A stretch of 64,000 bases of DNA from Octopus sinensis (GCF_006345805.1 NC_043003.1:19530001-19594000); one strand, 5' to 3'. Shown: positions 1 through 41,351, numbered from the stretch's first letter. The notes: a model not told the origin generated them from the letters alone. Translations and numbers: made by a program.

Positions 1-906
1 ATGGCAGTAAATTAGCTGAGTTGTTAAAGCACCAGACAAAATACATTGTGGCATTTATTCTAATACTTTGGATTCTGAGTTCATACCCTGCCAAGATCAA
101 CTTTTCCTTTCATCCTTCCAGGGTTGATGAATGAAATATCGGTCAAAGGATAGTAGTGCATTGGATGGGGTGCTTTGCAGTGTTTGTTCTGAGTTCAAGT
201 CTCTCTGGACCCTATATAGGCAGAGCCACCTTAGCAGCATTATAGGCCCCTGGACAAGTCACTACACTGAACCCTATAGTATTTATTTATTAACATCAAA
301 CCACATCATACGTATATTAGAACTGGGCCCATGCCTTAAGACGGTTCTATATGTAGGTGGTAGATTTAATCCATTGTCCAGTTTTTTTTTTGGGGGGGGG
401 TGCCATTGGCTCACTCCAGTCTGTTACAAGCAGTCAGCCCTGGTTTCTGGCATAAAGATACTATTCTCTCTCCTTGCCACTAGTTTCAAAGGTTTTGTCT
501 GATTGTTGTCCTACTTTTAAGTTATAGTGCACATTTGTGATTCCATAGTGGGGATTATCAGATCTGTCAGACAGATCGCTTTTCCCTCCTGACTAATGTA
601 ATAATAAAAAGTGAACGACTGATGAAAAAGTGTAGAGGAACATCATTTAGACACGTTGACTTGTCATACATATAGCTGGATGTTGGGTACTTTTAGCAGA
701 GTTCACTGTTGTAAGCATTCAAATCAGATTCTTTGGTCCTCCTATCTGCCTGCGTTTATCATTCAGATGTTTAGGTTGAGTATCAACTGCATTAATCTCA
801 CTAATATGGGAATTGAGGAAGGGACAGCAAATGTAATGTGCATTGATTATTGTATACAAAGAAAAAAAAAATGTGTCATGTTACTAATCAATAAATTATA
901 TTTCTG

Positions 907-941
<35 letters not shown>

Positions 942-1989
942 AGTATTTCTTTATTCACCATAAAGTTGAGAAAAAGAGGGGACAATACAGGGACAGACAA
1001 AACAAACGTTGGGGTCAGGGTATCGAATGAGACGAAACGTATGAATAAACAGAGAGTAAGGATAGTGTTCGCGATAGAATAATGTTCGACTACTAAGTCA
1101 TAAGTCATTGTCACGTACGCTACACTGATATAATGGCCCAAATAATTCTTAAATGGTGCCACAGGGCCGAGCAGCACATAGCAGTCAGACGTCAGAGCAT
1201 TATATTTGCCTAATTGTCGTTCTATTTCTAGGTTACAGTGCGCATTATCAGATCTGCCAGACAGACTAACCTCAAAAATGCAACGCAAAGATAACGCTCT
1301 CAAGGATCCTTCAGCACAACAATGAGTTATAAGCTTCATATACATACACACTTAAAATTCCAGAGCACTGTGGAGTGACTGACTATTCATCATAAACTTC
1401 CATGTGCCAAAAGCAGCTTATTAAATTAGCGGGTATGAAAATAAACCTATTGAATTACTGGGTTCTTGATAATATGTGTCATGCAGACGGAAAGGATTTT
1501 TTTTTCGTCTCTCTGTAACTATGTCGTAAATACTAGTTGTGAGTACGGGAGGTGAAGTGGAATTTCTCTACCTATTCTAACTACAAATTGTTGCATAGAG
1601 AGAGAGAGAGAAGATGACTGATTGAGGACTTGTGCACATGTACTGCTGTACATATACACGCACGTGTGTATGTACATACATACAAGATGAGACAAACAGT
1701 ACCACGCGTAAATATATATATATAAATAAATACACGCGTGTATCAAAACGGCTGTACACATGGTAGCGGCGTGATAAAAGTGCAGAAAACGGTGACTTGT
1801 AAATTATGGTACTCTCTTAATGAATCGTCTGGGAACTTACGATACATTAAGCAATGTATAAGTTAATAATTTCATTATTATAATCTTTTTCAGAATTTTG
1901 TTCGGAGCTCATTTTATTTTAAAGTATTCTTTTATTAGTATGCATCTAGGTGTTTAAAATAATTACTTTCACCATTTCAGATAAATGAA

Positions 1990-2216
1990 AGAAAACACGC
2001 CCACCCTCTTTAAATCGCTTCTTCTTAGTCTGTTATCTCACAGAAAGGGCGGTTCTTCTCCCATGTTAGGAAGTGAAGCCGTATCTTGAAAGAATAAACA
2101 AAAAGAAAGAAAGAAATGAGAAGATGAGATAAGAGAAAAAAAAGTCCGGTTTACAGCGTTACTGACCTTGACCGTTTGCGATTGGTGCCATCAGGACGTA
2201 GTTCTTTTGTAAAGCC
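1990..2216 (+). promoter_or_regulatory. GBE1 proximal promoter / 5' UTR region
   Basis: CACGCCCACCC (1996-2006), GC box GGGCGG (2047-2052), GGAAGT, and TGACCTTGA (2163-2171) just upstream of the ATG; relatively CpG-rich. Confidence 0.5.
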
Positions 2217-30708
<28,492 letters not shown>

Positions 30709-31945
30709 ATAATTAGTCTGCTGGAAACGGACAGTTGAGCTGCTGAGTCAAACACGATTTTTATAATGTTCTACCTAGGGTCAATTAACACTTTATAATA
30801 ATTATAATTATTTGACATTTTTTTGTTTTGTTTCCAGTGAGACTTACAATATTGTTTTCGTCTTTTTTATGTCAAATGATCATAAGGGTGTGTTTTTTTT
30901 ATAAAAATTAATTTAGAATTTATTTGAATCGAACTTTTACAAAAAGTATTATTTTTATTATTTTTTTTGTTTTGTTTTAGCAAACCTTTATTGGTTTCAA
31001 TCTGCGGCTGTGCTACATGATTTAATGGGTTTTTTTACAACTTTTGTTTAATTTTCAGTTTAAACTTCGGTTAGGAATTTTAATTGGGGATTTCAAAAAA
31101 TTTATTTAGTTTATTTCAGTGTTTTCGATTTAGAAATGAAGATCCTATTGCTAAAAGTATGTCGGTCACATAGATTTTTATGTCTGGCTCAAATAACTTT
31201 TGACGGCTGCTCATAATCCATTAGAAATGTTGAAATATTTCATTAACTATAGTTTACTCTCATTAGAATATGAATGAGATGATAAAAAAAAGTAGTGCTT
31301 GAGACCTCTTCAGTTCCTACAATGCTGGGAAAATATAGGATGGTTAGATACAGTTAGCATAGTTCAACTAATGCTGCTCAATTCAGTGATAGGCACATAT
31401 TTGTTCTTGAAGGTGGAGATGTGGTTGGCTTTTGCTTGGCATTATCAAATCAATACACACATTCTGTTTTTATATATCAACTGAAATTCGAGAGTGAATT
31501 TAACTGAAACTGAAATTCTATTTCAAAAAGAATTTTTAGTTTTGAATACCATCAAGGAAAAAATTTTTTTCCAATTTTTATTTAGGTAAGAAATTCAATT
31601 CCAGATTCACCCTCATATCTGATTTTGGTATACAAGAATATCATGATCATTATTGGATTTTCTATGAAAGAATCCAATGGTTGGCTGTGTTTCCAATACA
31701 ATAATTTCCTATACATCTCAACTTTTTAAGAATTGCATCATCAATGTGCAATTGATGTATTTAGTAGAATCTATGTTTAAGCTTTATTTTCACAATTTAA
31801 AAATAATTCTGAAATAGAGTGTTTAGCATAGACTGTAGTATTTTGACATAACTTGTGGATTATATTAGCTCTTAAGGTTACTTGTTTACTAAACCTTGAA
31901 ATTTAACATTTTATTTCATATGAATTGAAAACTGATATGAAGTAA

Positions 31946-31951
31946 AATAAA
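31946..31951 (+). terminator. Candidate GBE1 polyadenylation signal AATAAA
   Basis: Canonical AATAAA about 1.24 kb downstream of the stop; usage unproven. Confidence 0.3.
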
Positions 31952-32129
31952 CATATGATTATGAGACTGTCAAAATTTTCTTTTCCCTGTAGGAATTAGA
32001 AATTGTGATCAGATTCCTATTTGAATTTTGCCAAATACACTCTCAAAATAGAAATAGCATGTATAGTGTTTATTTTTGTAATACATCATAACACACTTTT
32101 ATGATCTTCTTCACTCACTTTCGGTCACC

Positions 32130-32196
32130 ATATATATATGTGTGTATGTATGTGTGTATATATATATGTGTGTGTGTGTGTGTGTATGTATGTGTG

Positions 32197-32250
<54 letters not shown>

Positions 32251-32447
32251 CGTGCATACATATATAAACATATATATACACACATATATATATATATACG
32301 TACATACATATATAAACATATATATATATATATATATACACACATACATATATAAACATATATATACACACATATATATACATGCATATATATACATGCA
32401 TATATACACACATACATATATATACATGCATATATATATATACATGC

Positions 32448-32480
<33 letters not shown>

Positions 32481-32522
32481 CATACATATATATATATACA
32501 CATACACATATATATATATACA
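32130..32522. repeat. Compound (TA/TG/CA)n microsatellite, about 390 bp
   Basis: Directly visible; source of several junk ORFs. Confidence 0.95.
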
Positions 32523-32921
32523 CTTTTTGCTAAAACTGCAGACTTAATACTATATTTTGTAAAACGTTTGATTTGAAAACAATATATTACTATGTATAGA
32601 TTTCTATGAAATATATGAAAATAAAACATGTCTGAGTTATGTTTGAGTCCTGTTATAATCCTTCATTATGTGCCTTGTCTTTTAAGATACTTGTAATATG
32701 CAAAAAATGTATTAGGTACATAAATTAGTCCAGAGTAACTATATAGTGAGGAAGTTCACTTTGTGACCATGTGGATCTTTGCAATCATACAGCATTTACC
32801 CAGAGTGCTACTTCATGGCACTTTGTGTATGTCCTCCACCATAGCTTTGGTTTGATTCCTTGTGAATAGAATTTGGTTGATGGAAACTGTGTGGAAGCCT
32901 GTTGTGTGTGAGTGAAGGGAG

Positions 32922-33337
32922 GGATCTTTTCGGTTTGAACAGCAGTTTTTTTTAGCGGTGTCATATGAAATTGTCACCCATAATTATGACCCTAGTATTG
33001 ATCTATTGCATTTCAATCTGTTTTAGGGTTAGGGTTAGGGGTGGCGGAAGGGTATCTTTTTTTCTTCAGAAATGTAAATAAACCCAATCTGTTTCTTAAA
33101 CGAGGAACGTTTTCATACGGCACAGAATGTTTTCACCTCAATAGACGTCATTGATTGGTTGAAATTGCAGAAATTGAAGAGAAAAAACAACAAATATCTT
33201 ACAAACTATAGAATTTTCACAATAAAGCCAAGAGAAAAAGATGTTTTATAAACACATTCTACCAGTATACGAAGTTTAAAAGTGTTTAGTTACGTGGAAA
33301 TTATTTTTAAAAACTGCCGTTCAAACAGAAAAGATCC
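32922..33337. mobile_element. Non-autonomous DNA transposon, GGATC-terminal TIRs, 8-bp TSD (Merlin-like)
   Basis: TSD GAAGGGAG both sides; TIR GGATCTTTTCGGTTTGAAC.GCAGTTTTT; internal TTAGGG x3. Confidence 0.85.
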
Positions 33338-33691
33338 GAAGGGAGAAATGAGATTGGAAAGAGTGAGGAAAAGAGAGAAAGTGTTCTTATCACTTTGGTT
33401 GTAGCTAAGAATAAGGGATTGAAATCATTTCTAAATAATTTGAATTCTCTTTAGAACTAGCGAATATTTTACTGGAAACAAATTTTGCTCAAGATGTTTC
33501 AATCTGGTAAATGGAAACTAAGCCTGTTATGTGCATGTGTGTGTGAGGGATTGGTAAGAGCTGGTAGTAAATCAGATTGAGTCAAGACATTCTGTAAAGA
33601 AAGGATGCTACATGTTTGAGAAAGAGGTGACTTAAACATGCTAAGCTGAAAGTTGCTTTATGTAAAGACATCATTCCAAACCTGTCTGATA

Positions 33692-33960
33692 ATGTGGGAA
33701 TGTTTTACCACAGAAATCACATTGGTATGTTTCTCACCCGAGTGAATAGCTTTATGGCTTGTTAATATATTATGCTGTGGGAATGTTTTACCACATCCAG
33801 CTGTAGAAACTCTGCCAGATCAAGATTGGAGCCAGTTGCAGCCATCTGGTTCGCCAGTCCTCAATTAAATCGTCCAACCCATGCTAGCATGGAAAGCGGA
33901 CGTTAAACGATGATGATGATCACATTGGTATGGTCTTTCACCTGTGTGAATCTGTTTGAT
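33692..33960 (-). pseudogene. Decayed C2H2 zinc-finger relic related to finger 2 of the 35191-35883 gene, split by a retroposon tail
   Basis: Minus strand reads [13 protein letters not shown][insertion 33795-33920][22 protein letters not shown], frameshift, YQCDFCGKTFPH. DNA is near-identical to 35620-35730. Confidence 0.8.
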
Positions 33961-34592
33961 ATGAAGAGCATAACCTATGGATATATTCTTTTGAAAACAG
34001 GTTTTAATATTTTATATATGATTTAATATTTAATATATGCTGTTTTTCCCCCAATACAGTTTTATGATTTAGGGGTCTTTATCACATACATGAAGTTCTG
34101 ATAAACATTTGATCATCTTTGCAAGTTTTACAATTAAATGCCTTGGTATAGTCTATGACTCCCTCTAATCAGACCATCTTTAAAAAAAAAAGGAAAAAAC
34201 ACATTGGGTAGTATAATCTCGACACTCTGAAAAGATGGGATGGTTATGGTTGGAATGTCTTTGATCGTAGCTCTGTCCACTCAGAGTTGTCTTTCAGGCT
34301 AAACAACAAAAACAACTAGATGTACTAAGAGATGAGGAATTATGTACATTATTTACATTCGACAGATATTTGTCCTCATCTCGGGTTCTTGTTTGGTCGA
34401 AGAGCTGCACGATGAGTTCTAAATTTGTGAGTGTGGTCAAGAGTCGAAATCCATATGGTCAAAGCAGCAAAGTTCAAAGCTACCTAGTATGCAGAAATTT
34501 AGATGGATCAAATATTATCAACAGGGACATACATGAAAAGGATTGCTTTCAAATAGGTTTTGCTACATAGGTGATAGAAAGTGTGTGGAATT

Positions 34593-34795
34593 AAGGCGGC
34601 GAGCTGGCAGAAACGTTAGCATGCCAGGCGAAATGCTTAGCTGTATTTCATCTGCCGCTACGTTCTGAGTTCAAATTCTGCCAAGGTCGACTTTGCCTTT
34701 CATCCTTTTGGGGTCGATATAATCGACTTAATCTGTTTGTCTGTCCTTGTTTGTCTTCTCTGTGTGTAGCCCCTTGTGGGCAGTAAAGAAATAAG
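34593..34795 (+). repeat. SINE family A copy
   Basis: Matches the family consensus. Confidence 0.75.
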
Positions 34796-35190
34796 AAACA
34801 ATGTGGAATCAGTCATTGTAATAATAGCTCAATAGTTAAGAAAAAGAAAGGAAACCATTTGTGGACAACAAAGGACTTTTTGAGAAAAGTAATTGCATGA
34901 AATAGGTATAAGTATGATGCTGCATTTCTAACATGAATGTGGAAAGTGTACTGAGGCTGGAAAAGAAACTGAAGATGGTGTATTGAATGTATAAAACTTA
35001 CATACAATATTAAGTGCAATTGAGCTTATGATGGGGACGATGAGATGATGATGTTGATGTAGCCAATCAGAGGAATCGTACATTATTTTATCAAGTATTT
35101 TATTATTACAATTTAAACTTTATTCTGAAATTAACATTTTGTGTAGAAAAAATTCTGTTAGCACTTTAAAATGCTGTCTTATGTGAGATA

Positions 35191-35883
35191 TCAGTTGTAT
35201 GCTTCCTCACATATGCGAGTCCGTTGATGCAGAGTTAAGTTGCTCTTGTGTGAGAATGCTTTGCCACAAATATCACAGTGATATGGTTTCTCACCTGTAT
35301 GAATACGGATGTGTCTGATCAATTGATCTTTTCGGGAGAACGTCTTACCACAAACATCACAGCGATACGGTTTCTCACCTGTATGGATACGCTTGTGGCT
35401 AATCAATAGTTCTTTTCGAGCAAATGATTTATCACAGATATCACAATGATATGGTTTCTCACCTGTGTGAATACGTAAGTGGAGAGTTAAATGTTCCTTC
35501 CGAGAGAATGACTTATCGCAGATATCACAGTGATATGGTTTCTCACCTGTATGAACACGTTTGTGAAGTGCTAGGTATTCTTTCCGAGAGAACGATTTAC
35601 TGCAAATATCACAGTCATGTTTCTCACCTGAGTGAATAGCTTTATGGCTTGTTAATTTATTACGCTGTGGGAATGTTTTACCACAGATATCACATTGGTA
35701 TGGTCTTTCACCTGTGTGAATCCGTTTGTGATTAGTCAAAAGTCCATTCTGAGAGAATGCTTTTAAACAGATGTCGCAGGTGTATGGTTTGTGTCGTATT
35801 TTTTCTTGTGTCAAGTGAGATACAATTTTACTATCAGGTTGTGTTTCATCACGAGCATGATTCACACACATTTTCTCCTCCAT
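35191..35883 (-). CDS. C2H2 zinc-finger protein (6 canonical fingers plus a terminal H-x5-C finger), 230 aa, single coding exon
   Basis: Repeated CDIC..F.....L..H..IH with TGEKPY linkers. Minus-strand acceptor ttgcag| puts the exon start at 36035. Two minus-strand AATAAA at 35099-35104 and 35119-35124. Confidence 0.92.
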   Translation of the reverse strand: MEEKMCVNHARDETQPDSKIVSHLTQEKIRHKPYTCDICLKAFSQNGLLTNHKRIHTGERPYQCDICGKTFPQRNKLTSHKAIHSGEKHDCDICSKSFSRKEYLALHKRVHTGEKPYHCDICDKSFSRKEHLTLHLRIHTGEKPYHCDICDKSFARKELLISHKRIHTGEKPYRCDVCGKTFSRKDQLIRHIRIHTGEKPYHCDICGKAFSHKSNLTLHQRTRICEEAYN

Positions 35884-36528
35884 AGTGTCAATTTAGTGCT
35901 CATTAAATACAAATATAATTCATTTCGTTATGTTTTCTAATGGTGATGTAACCGACTACATAACATAAAGTCATTCTTCAGTCTTTCATATTTTTCCTTC
36001 CTTCCTTCCTTGATGTATCACTGGTGAGACATTCCCTGCAATGATAAGACAGTATAAAATAAAATATAAGAGACAATAAAATATTTATTTCAAATTTTGG
36101 CACAAGGCCAGCAGTTTCAGGGCAGGAGTAAGTTGATTACAATGATCCCAGTGATGAACTGGTACTTATTTTATTGACCCCAAAAAGATGAAGAGTAAAG
36201 TCGACATCTGTAGAATTTGAACTCGGAACATAAAGATGAACAAAAACTGCTAAGCATTTTGCCTAGCATGCCAATAATTCTGCCGGCTTGCTGCCTTAGC
36301 AATAACAACAATATTGATTTCAAATTTTGGCACAAGGCCAGCAGTTTCAGGGTAGGGAGTAGTCGATTACATTGAACCCAGTACTCAATTGGTGCTTATT
36401 TTATTGACCCTGAAAGGATGAAAGGTAAAGATGACAGTGGAATTTGAACTAAGAACATAAAGATGGATGAAATACTGATAAGCATTTTGCCTAGCATGCT
36501 AACAATTCTGCCAACCTGCTGCCTTAGC

Positions 36529-36559
<31 letters not shown>

Positions 36560-36779
36560 TTGATTTTAAATTTTGGTACCTTAATCTAGGCATATAATAA
36601 TGATTATGATCATGATAACAATGAAACAATATCAATGTTAATAATAATTTCTGAATTTGTCACAAAGCCTTAAATCACAGAAGAGTAGATTAGATGAAAT
36701 TCAGTGAAGATGCATTAACAGCAATACAAAAGGGTTTTACATACAAAATACAGGAAGTACAGTGAAATCCCCAAAATCC

Positions 36780-38420
36780 CATAAAATGCAATACAAAAGA
36801 GTTTTTACAGCTCTGTTGGGACACTTGCAAATAGCTATGCCTGATGAGTTCTTCAGCACCACAGCTCTACACAGGGTTGGTAATTATTGGTAGCATTGAA
36901 ATAGAGGAAAGTGATGTAAAATAAGCCATTGATAAAATGAACTTAAAATCAGTCCCAGGCTCTGATTGATTCCCAGAAATCCTAAAAAAAATGCAAAAGG
37001 ACTTAAGCAAGACCACTACAGATCCTCTTTAAAAGCTTCCTTGCCACAGGGAAACTTTCCAGAAAGTTAAAAGAAGGCATAGTATATCCTGTTCATAAAA
37101 GAAGTAGCAGAGTGAATGCTAAAAATTACAGGCCTGTCTCTGTAACCTCACATGTCAATAAAGTCATGGAATTTATTGTCAAGAGGAAGCTGATCATATT
37201 CCAAGAAGATAATGACTTGCTCCCTGACACCCAGCATAGCTTCTGCTCAAGAAAAAGCTGTTGTACACAGCTCCTGCAGCATTATGACTGGGTGTTGAAA
37301 CAACTGATGAATTGCTCAAATGTGGATGTGATATATATCTTGAGTTTGCAAAGGCCTTTGATAAGGTTGATCATTGGATGATGTCACAAGCCATGGAGAC
37401 TCGGCATAGTTGGAAAACAGGGAGAGTGGTTACATGACTTCTTAAAAGACAGAAGCCAGCCTGTAACAGCCAATGGGGCTCTCTCCAGGAAGCAAGTGGT
37501 GTGCCTCTGGGAACTGTCTTGGGGCCCCGTTCTGTTTATGGTGACTCTTTTGGCCATGCCATCAGTAACACAGACAGTCACACTTACTAGCTATACCAAT
37601 GACACAAAAGTAGTACAAGTAGTCAAAAAGAAATTCTGATGCTAATCTTTTACAAAAGACCTAGATGTCTTATATAAATGAGCTGAAGAAAACAACATGC
37701 AATTTAATGCAGGAAAATTCCAAGCCCTCTGCTATCAGCTAGCTTGTGCTAACATGCTGTAACAATGATACTTTGGACTAAAGGGAACAGCAGCTCCAGA
37801 GTCAAATACAGCATATGGTCTGAGGATTGATATGCACTACAACACCTTGTTTCATGTGCATATCATCAAGATGGTGGCAATGTGCAGGCAAATGGTTGGA
37901 TGGGTTATGAGAATTTAAGAACAAGGGACTAGGAAACTATGCTGGTTGTATGGAGGACATTTGTCCTCAGCCGTTTGGACAACTGCCCTCAACTGTGGTC
38001 ACCTTGCAGTGGCAAATAACTAGTGGAACTTGAGGCATTTTGGTAGTAGTACATCAGGGAGATACTGCACTAATGGAAGAGCTGAGCTACTGGGAGAGAC
38101 TGAAAGAGCTATGACTCTACTCCCTGGAGTGAAAATGGAAGAGATATGCAGTGATATATGTATGCATGGAATATCCTGGAAGAGTTGGCACCAAACTTTG
38201 GCATCAAGAGCTATACCAGGACCTGAACTGGACTCCACTGTTCCAAAGGTCCTGGCCATCTAGTACTACAACAGTTCAGGTTTTATGGGCTCACGGCTAT
38301 TTCATACCTGAGAGATCTACAAAGAGTAGGGGTAGATGTTCTCAAGAAACAATTTGACCTCCTGCTGTCCAAGATCCCAGATGAACCTACACCATGGCAA
38401 GAAAATCTAAAGGGAGTGTC
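36780..38420 (+). mobile_element. Degenerate CR1-clade LINE (reverse transcriptase region)
   Basis: NYRPVSVTSH, QHSFCSRKSCCTQLL, DVIY, GPVLFMV and terminal LLSKIPDEP motifs with many stops and frameshifts. Confidence 0.8.
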
Positions 38421-38924
38421 AATATTGAACTTGCTCCTCTACCAATTGCTAATCATAAAAGAAAGGCCATTGAAAATGTGATAACACTGGCGGTGTCCCA
38501 ACACAGCCACAGCCTTTGGGCTGAAACGCATGAAATACACACACAGGATCTTTTCCTTTTGATGGACGGAATTTTCTAGTTAACAAAACAATTTGAAACT
38601 TCGTATACTGGTAGAATGTGTCAAAAGAAAACATTATTGTAAACAAAATTGTAATTTGTAAGTTTAACGTAAGATCCCACACACACATATATATTCAGAT
38701 TTACTTGAAAAACTGCGTGTATGTAGAGGAACAGTATCGAGAAGTGATTGGTTCTATACACAAGCCCTAACTCTAATCCAATGTTCACAGTAGATGATGC
38801 GAAGGGCCAAATGATTTTACTTTAACACATGTTAATAATACAGTTAAATCGCATTAAAAGTTTCATTGATGTTATCATCAAATAATTCTGCGGTAGCATT
38901 CATTGCCCGGAGGTTTTGTTTCAG

Positions 38925-39240
38925 GCACGTGGCTTAGTGGTTAGGGTGTCAGCATCATGATCGTAAGATTGTGGTTTCGATTCCTGGACCGGGCGACGAG
39001 TTGTGTTCTTGAGCAAAACACTTCATTTCACGTTGATCCAGTCCACTCAGCTGGCGAAAATGAGTAACGCTGCGATGGACTGGGGAACACATACGCCATA
39101 GAACACAGCTGGAGAACACATACGCCATAGAACACAGCTGGGGAACACATACGCCATAGAACACAGCTGGGGAACACATACGCCATAGAAACCGGGAAAC
39201 TGGGCCCATGAGCCTGGCTAGGCTTTAAAAAGGGCGCATT
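38925..39240 (+). repeat. tRNA-headed SINE with a V-domain-like core containing a 4 x 29-bp tandem expansion
   Basis: Head GGCTTAGTGGTTAGG..GGTTTCGATTCC; CTGCGATGGACTGG..ATAGAAACCGGGAAAC core; units at 39080, 39109, 39138, 39167. Confidence 0.7.
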
Positions 39241-40192
39241 TATTATTTTATTTATGTCAACAATCGTGAAAATGAAGAGAGGACATCTGAAAGGATGGAG
39301 CTTGTAACATGTTGTAGAAGGAGTCTTTGACACTTATAAAATATAGATATTTAACAATAAAGAGAAAAAAATAGAAGTTCATTTAAGACAGCAATCTGTT
39401 AGAATTATTACAACATCGAAAAATTTTAAGGTGTCTATTCCGGCTATTCATTGACGTTCGAAGTTTAAATCCCGTAGTTAACAAAATATAAGCATTTTTT
39501 GTCAAGGCGGCATCTCAGCATAGCCGCAGTCCAATGAATGTAACAAGTAAAAAAATAGAAGGTAGAAATATATTTAGTGAACTTAAAGAATAGCGATTCC
39601 AATAGCTATTTCATGAAATGATTTTCATGGATCTCCTTAAGATTCAACTAAAAACGGTAAATTTTCAGATTCTAAAAACAAAACAGACAGCAGACATATT
39701 TTCAAATGTCAACTTACCGTCTTATTGTATTTTATTCGTTCTAATCACAATTATAACATACTAAACATGACTTTAGATTCATACATCTTTAAGTCGATGA
39801 AAATAGAAGACGATAATTCCAGCCACACTTTTATAATAGTTATCTTTCTTTCTTAAGTCTTTAGTGTCAAGAGGTAATCAATTGATATCAGTGGACACTA
39901 AAAAGCTGATCGGAAAGATTTAACGAAGCGAAGAAAACACCAACATAATTAAATATTCAATCCGATATGAATTATTTTGCCAAGCTCATGATACACCTCA
40001 TTACTTTATTTTCTAAGTATGCTAAATTTTTATGTCTACTCATCTGCAATACTGTTGCATTATCATTCTACTATAATGAAGTCGTTTCCCTTGTCCTTTG
40101 TTGCTTAAAAACTTATGGTTAAGGTGATTTAATTACTTTTAATTACTATGGCTACAATTTTACTGAATTAAAATTTCGTGACTCTCTACATC

Positions 40193-40371
40193 GGATTTTT
40201 TCGCTTTGACCGGCAGATTTTTTTTAATAATTCCTTTGTAACTAAACACTTTTAAACTTCGTATACTGGTAGAATGTGTTTATAAAACATCTTTTTCTCT
40301 TGGCTTTATTGAGAAAATTCTGGTTACAAAGAAATTATTTTAAAAATCTGCCAGTCAAAGCGAAAAGATCC
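40193..40371. mobile_element. Short related GGATC-TIR element (179 bp)
   Basis: TIRs GGAT(T/C)TTTTCGCTTTGAC.GGCAG; internal sequence is the reverse complement of the family; no TSD. Confidence 0.6.
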
Positions 40372-40581
40372 GCGTTTTCTTCCAACCACTTGAAGATTTT
40401 AAAATTCTCGATAGAATGCTTTCAAATTTTCCATGTAGATGTAGTTTTGTATGCTTATGACGAATATCTCATTCATTTTTTCGATAAGTAAATAATTAAT
40501 AAGACAGAAGCATTTAAAGTTATACATTTTTAGCCAATGAAATGTGCCCAACGTCACAAGAATTCGATGGTTGCTGCCGTA

Positions 40582-40595
40582 GTTGCCATGGCAAC
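40582..40595. promoter_or_regulatory. Perfect RFX X-box palindrome GTTGCCATGGCAAC
   Basis: Exact 14-bp consensus palindrome in non-repeat DNA upstream of the minus-strand ZNF gene. Confidence 0.55.
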
Positions 40596-40995
40596 AGACT
40601 GGTTGAGCATGCAGACAATTTCGTTAATTTCATAAACATTCCGTTACATTGACAAAGGAATGGAGAAAATAATAATGAAAGCAAAACAAACAAGCAAAAA
40701 AAAAAAAAAAAACAGGGATGGGTCTTATTTTTTAAAGAGAATTTAATGAAAGAAAGCAAAACGAAAAAATTTTTTTAAAGAATGTAATTTCAAGAAAACA
40801 ATGATTAAATATTTTCGACCTGCCTCTAGAAATAACAGACATACATACGTATGTATGTATATACTCCTGCATGTATATATGGAGACCTATCCGGATATTT
40901 ATCTTTCAGTTTTAATCTGGAAACTTAAAGGCGAAGGGACCAATTTCGACATCAAATGGAAAATCCTCTCAAAACCCTGACTCTAAAGAAATGTT

Positions 40996-41351
40996 GGATC
41001 TTTTCGGTTTGAACGACAGTTTTTCCTAGCAGTGTCATATGAAATTGTCACCCATAATTATGACCCAAGTATCGATCTATTGCATTTCAATCTGTTTTAG
41101 GGTTAGATGTGGGGGGAAGGGTATCTTTTTTTTTCTTCAGAAATGTAAATAAACCCAATCTGTTTCTTAAACGAGGGACATATTCATACGGCACAGAATG
41201 TTTTCACCTCGATAGACGTCATTGATTGGTTGAAATTGAAGGAAAAGATCCAAGATGTTTTATAAACACATTCTACCAGTATACGAAGTTTAAAAGTGTT
41301 TAGTTACGTGGAAATTATTTTTAAAAACTGCCGTTCAAACCGAAAAGATCC
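40996..41351. mobile_element. Second copy of the GGATC-TIR element
   Basis: TSD GAAATGTT both sides; same TIRs and internal sequence with a deletion. Confidence 0.85.

Noticed and set aside
495-1270. Shared motif (..GTGC(A/G)CA..TTATCAGATCTG.CAGACAGA) at about 500-580 and 1210-1265
   Set aside because: Short, degenerate and most likely remnants of an old repeat; no structure or function could be supported.
131-1761. ORFs upstream of GBE1 (131..502, 896..1351, 1519..1761) as a head-to-head gene
   Set aside because: No recognisable domain; they run through SINE and microsatellite sequence; no convincing splice sites.
32101-32629. Six overlapping 64-172 aa ORFs rich in Y/I/H/C/V
   Set aside because: Translations of a TA/CA/TG microsatellite.
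33023-33040. TTAGGG repeats as a telomere or fusion scar
   Set aside because: Only three units, and they are part of the MITE internal sequence (a reduced version is in the second copy).
35424-35639. Antisense ORFs over the ZNF genes (also 53018..53236, 53516..53818, 54380..54604)
   Set aside because: Shadow frames of periodic zinc-finger codons.
39080-39190. CRISPR-like 29-bp repeats
   Set aside because: No spacers, eukaryotic context, and inside a SINE; this is a plain minisatellite.
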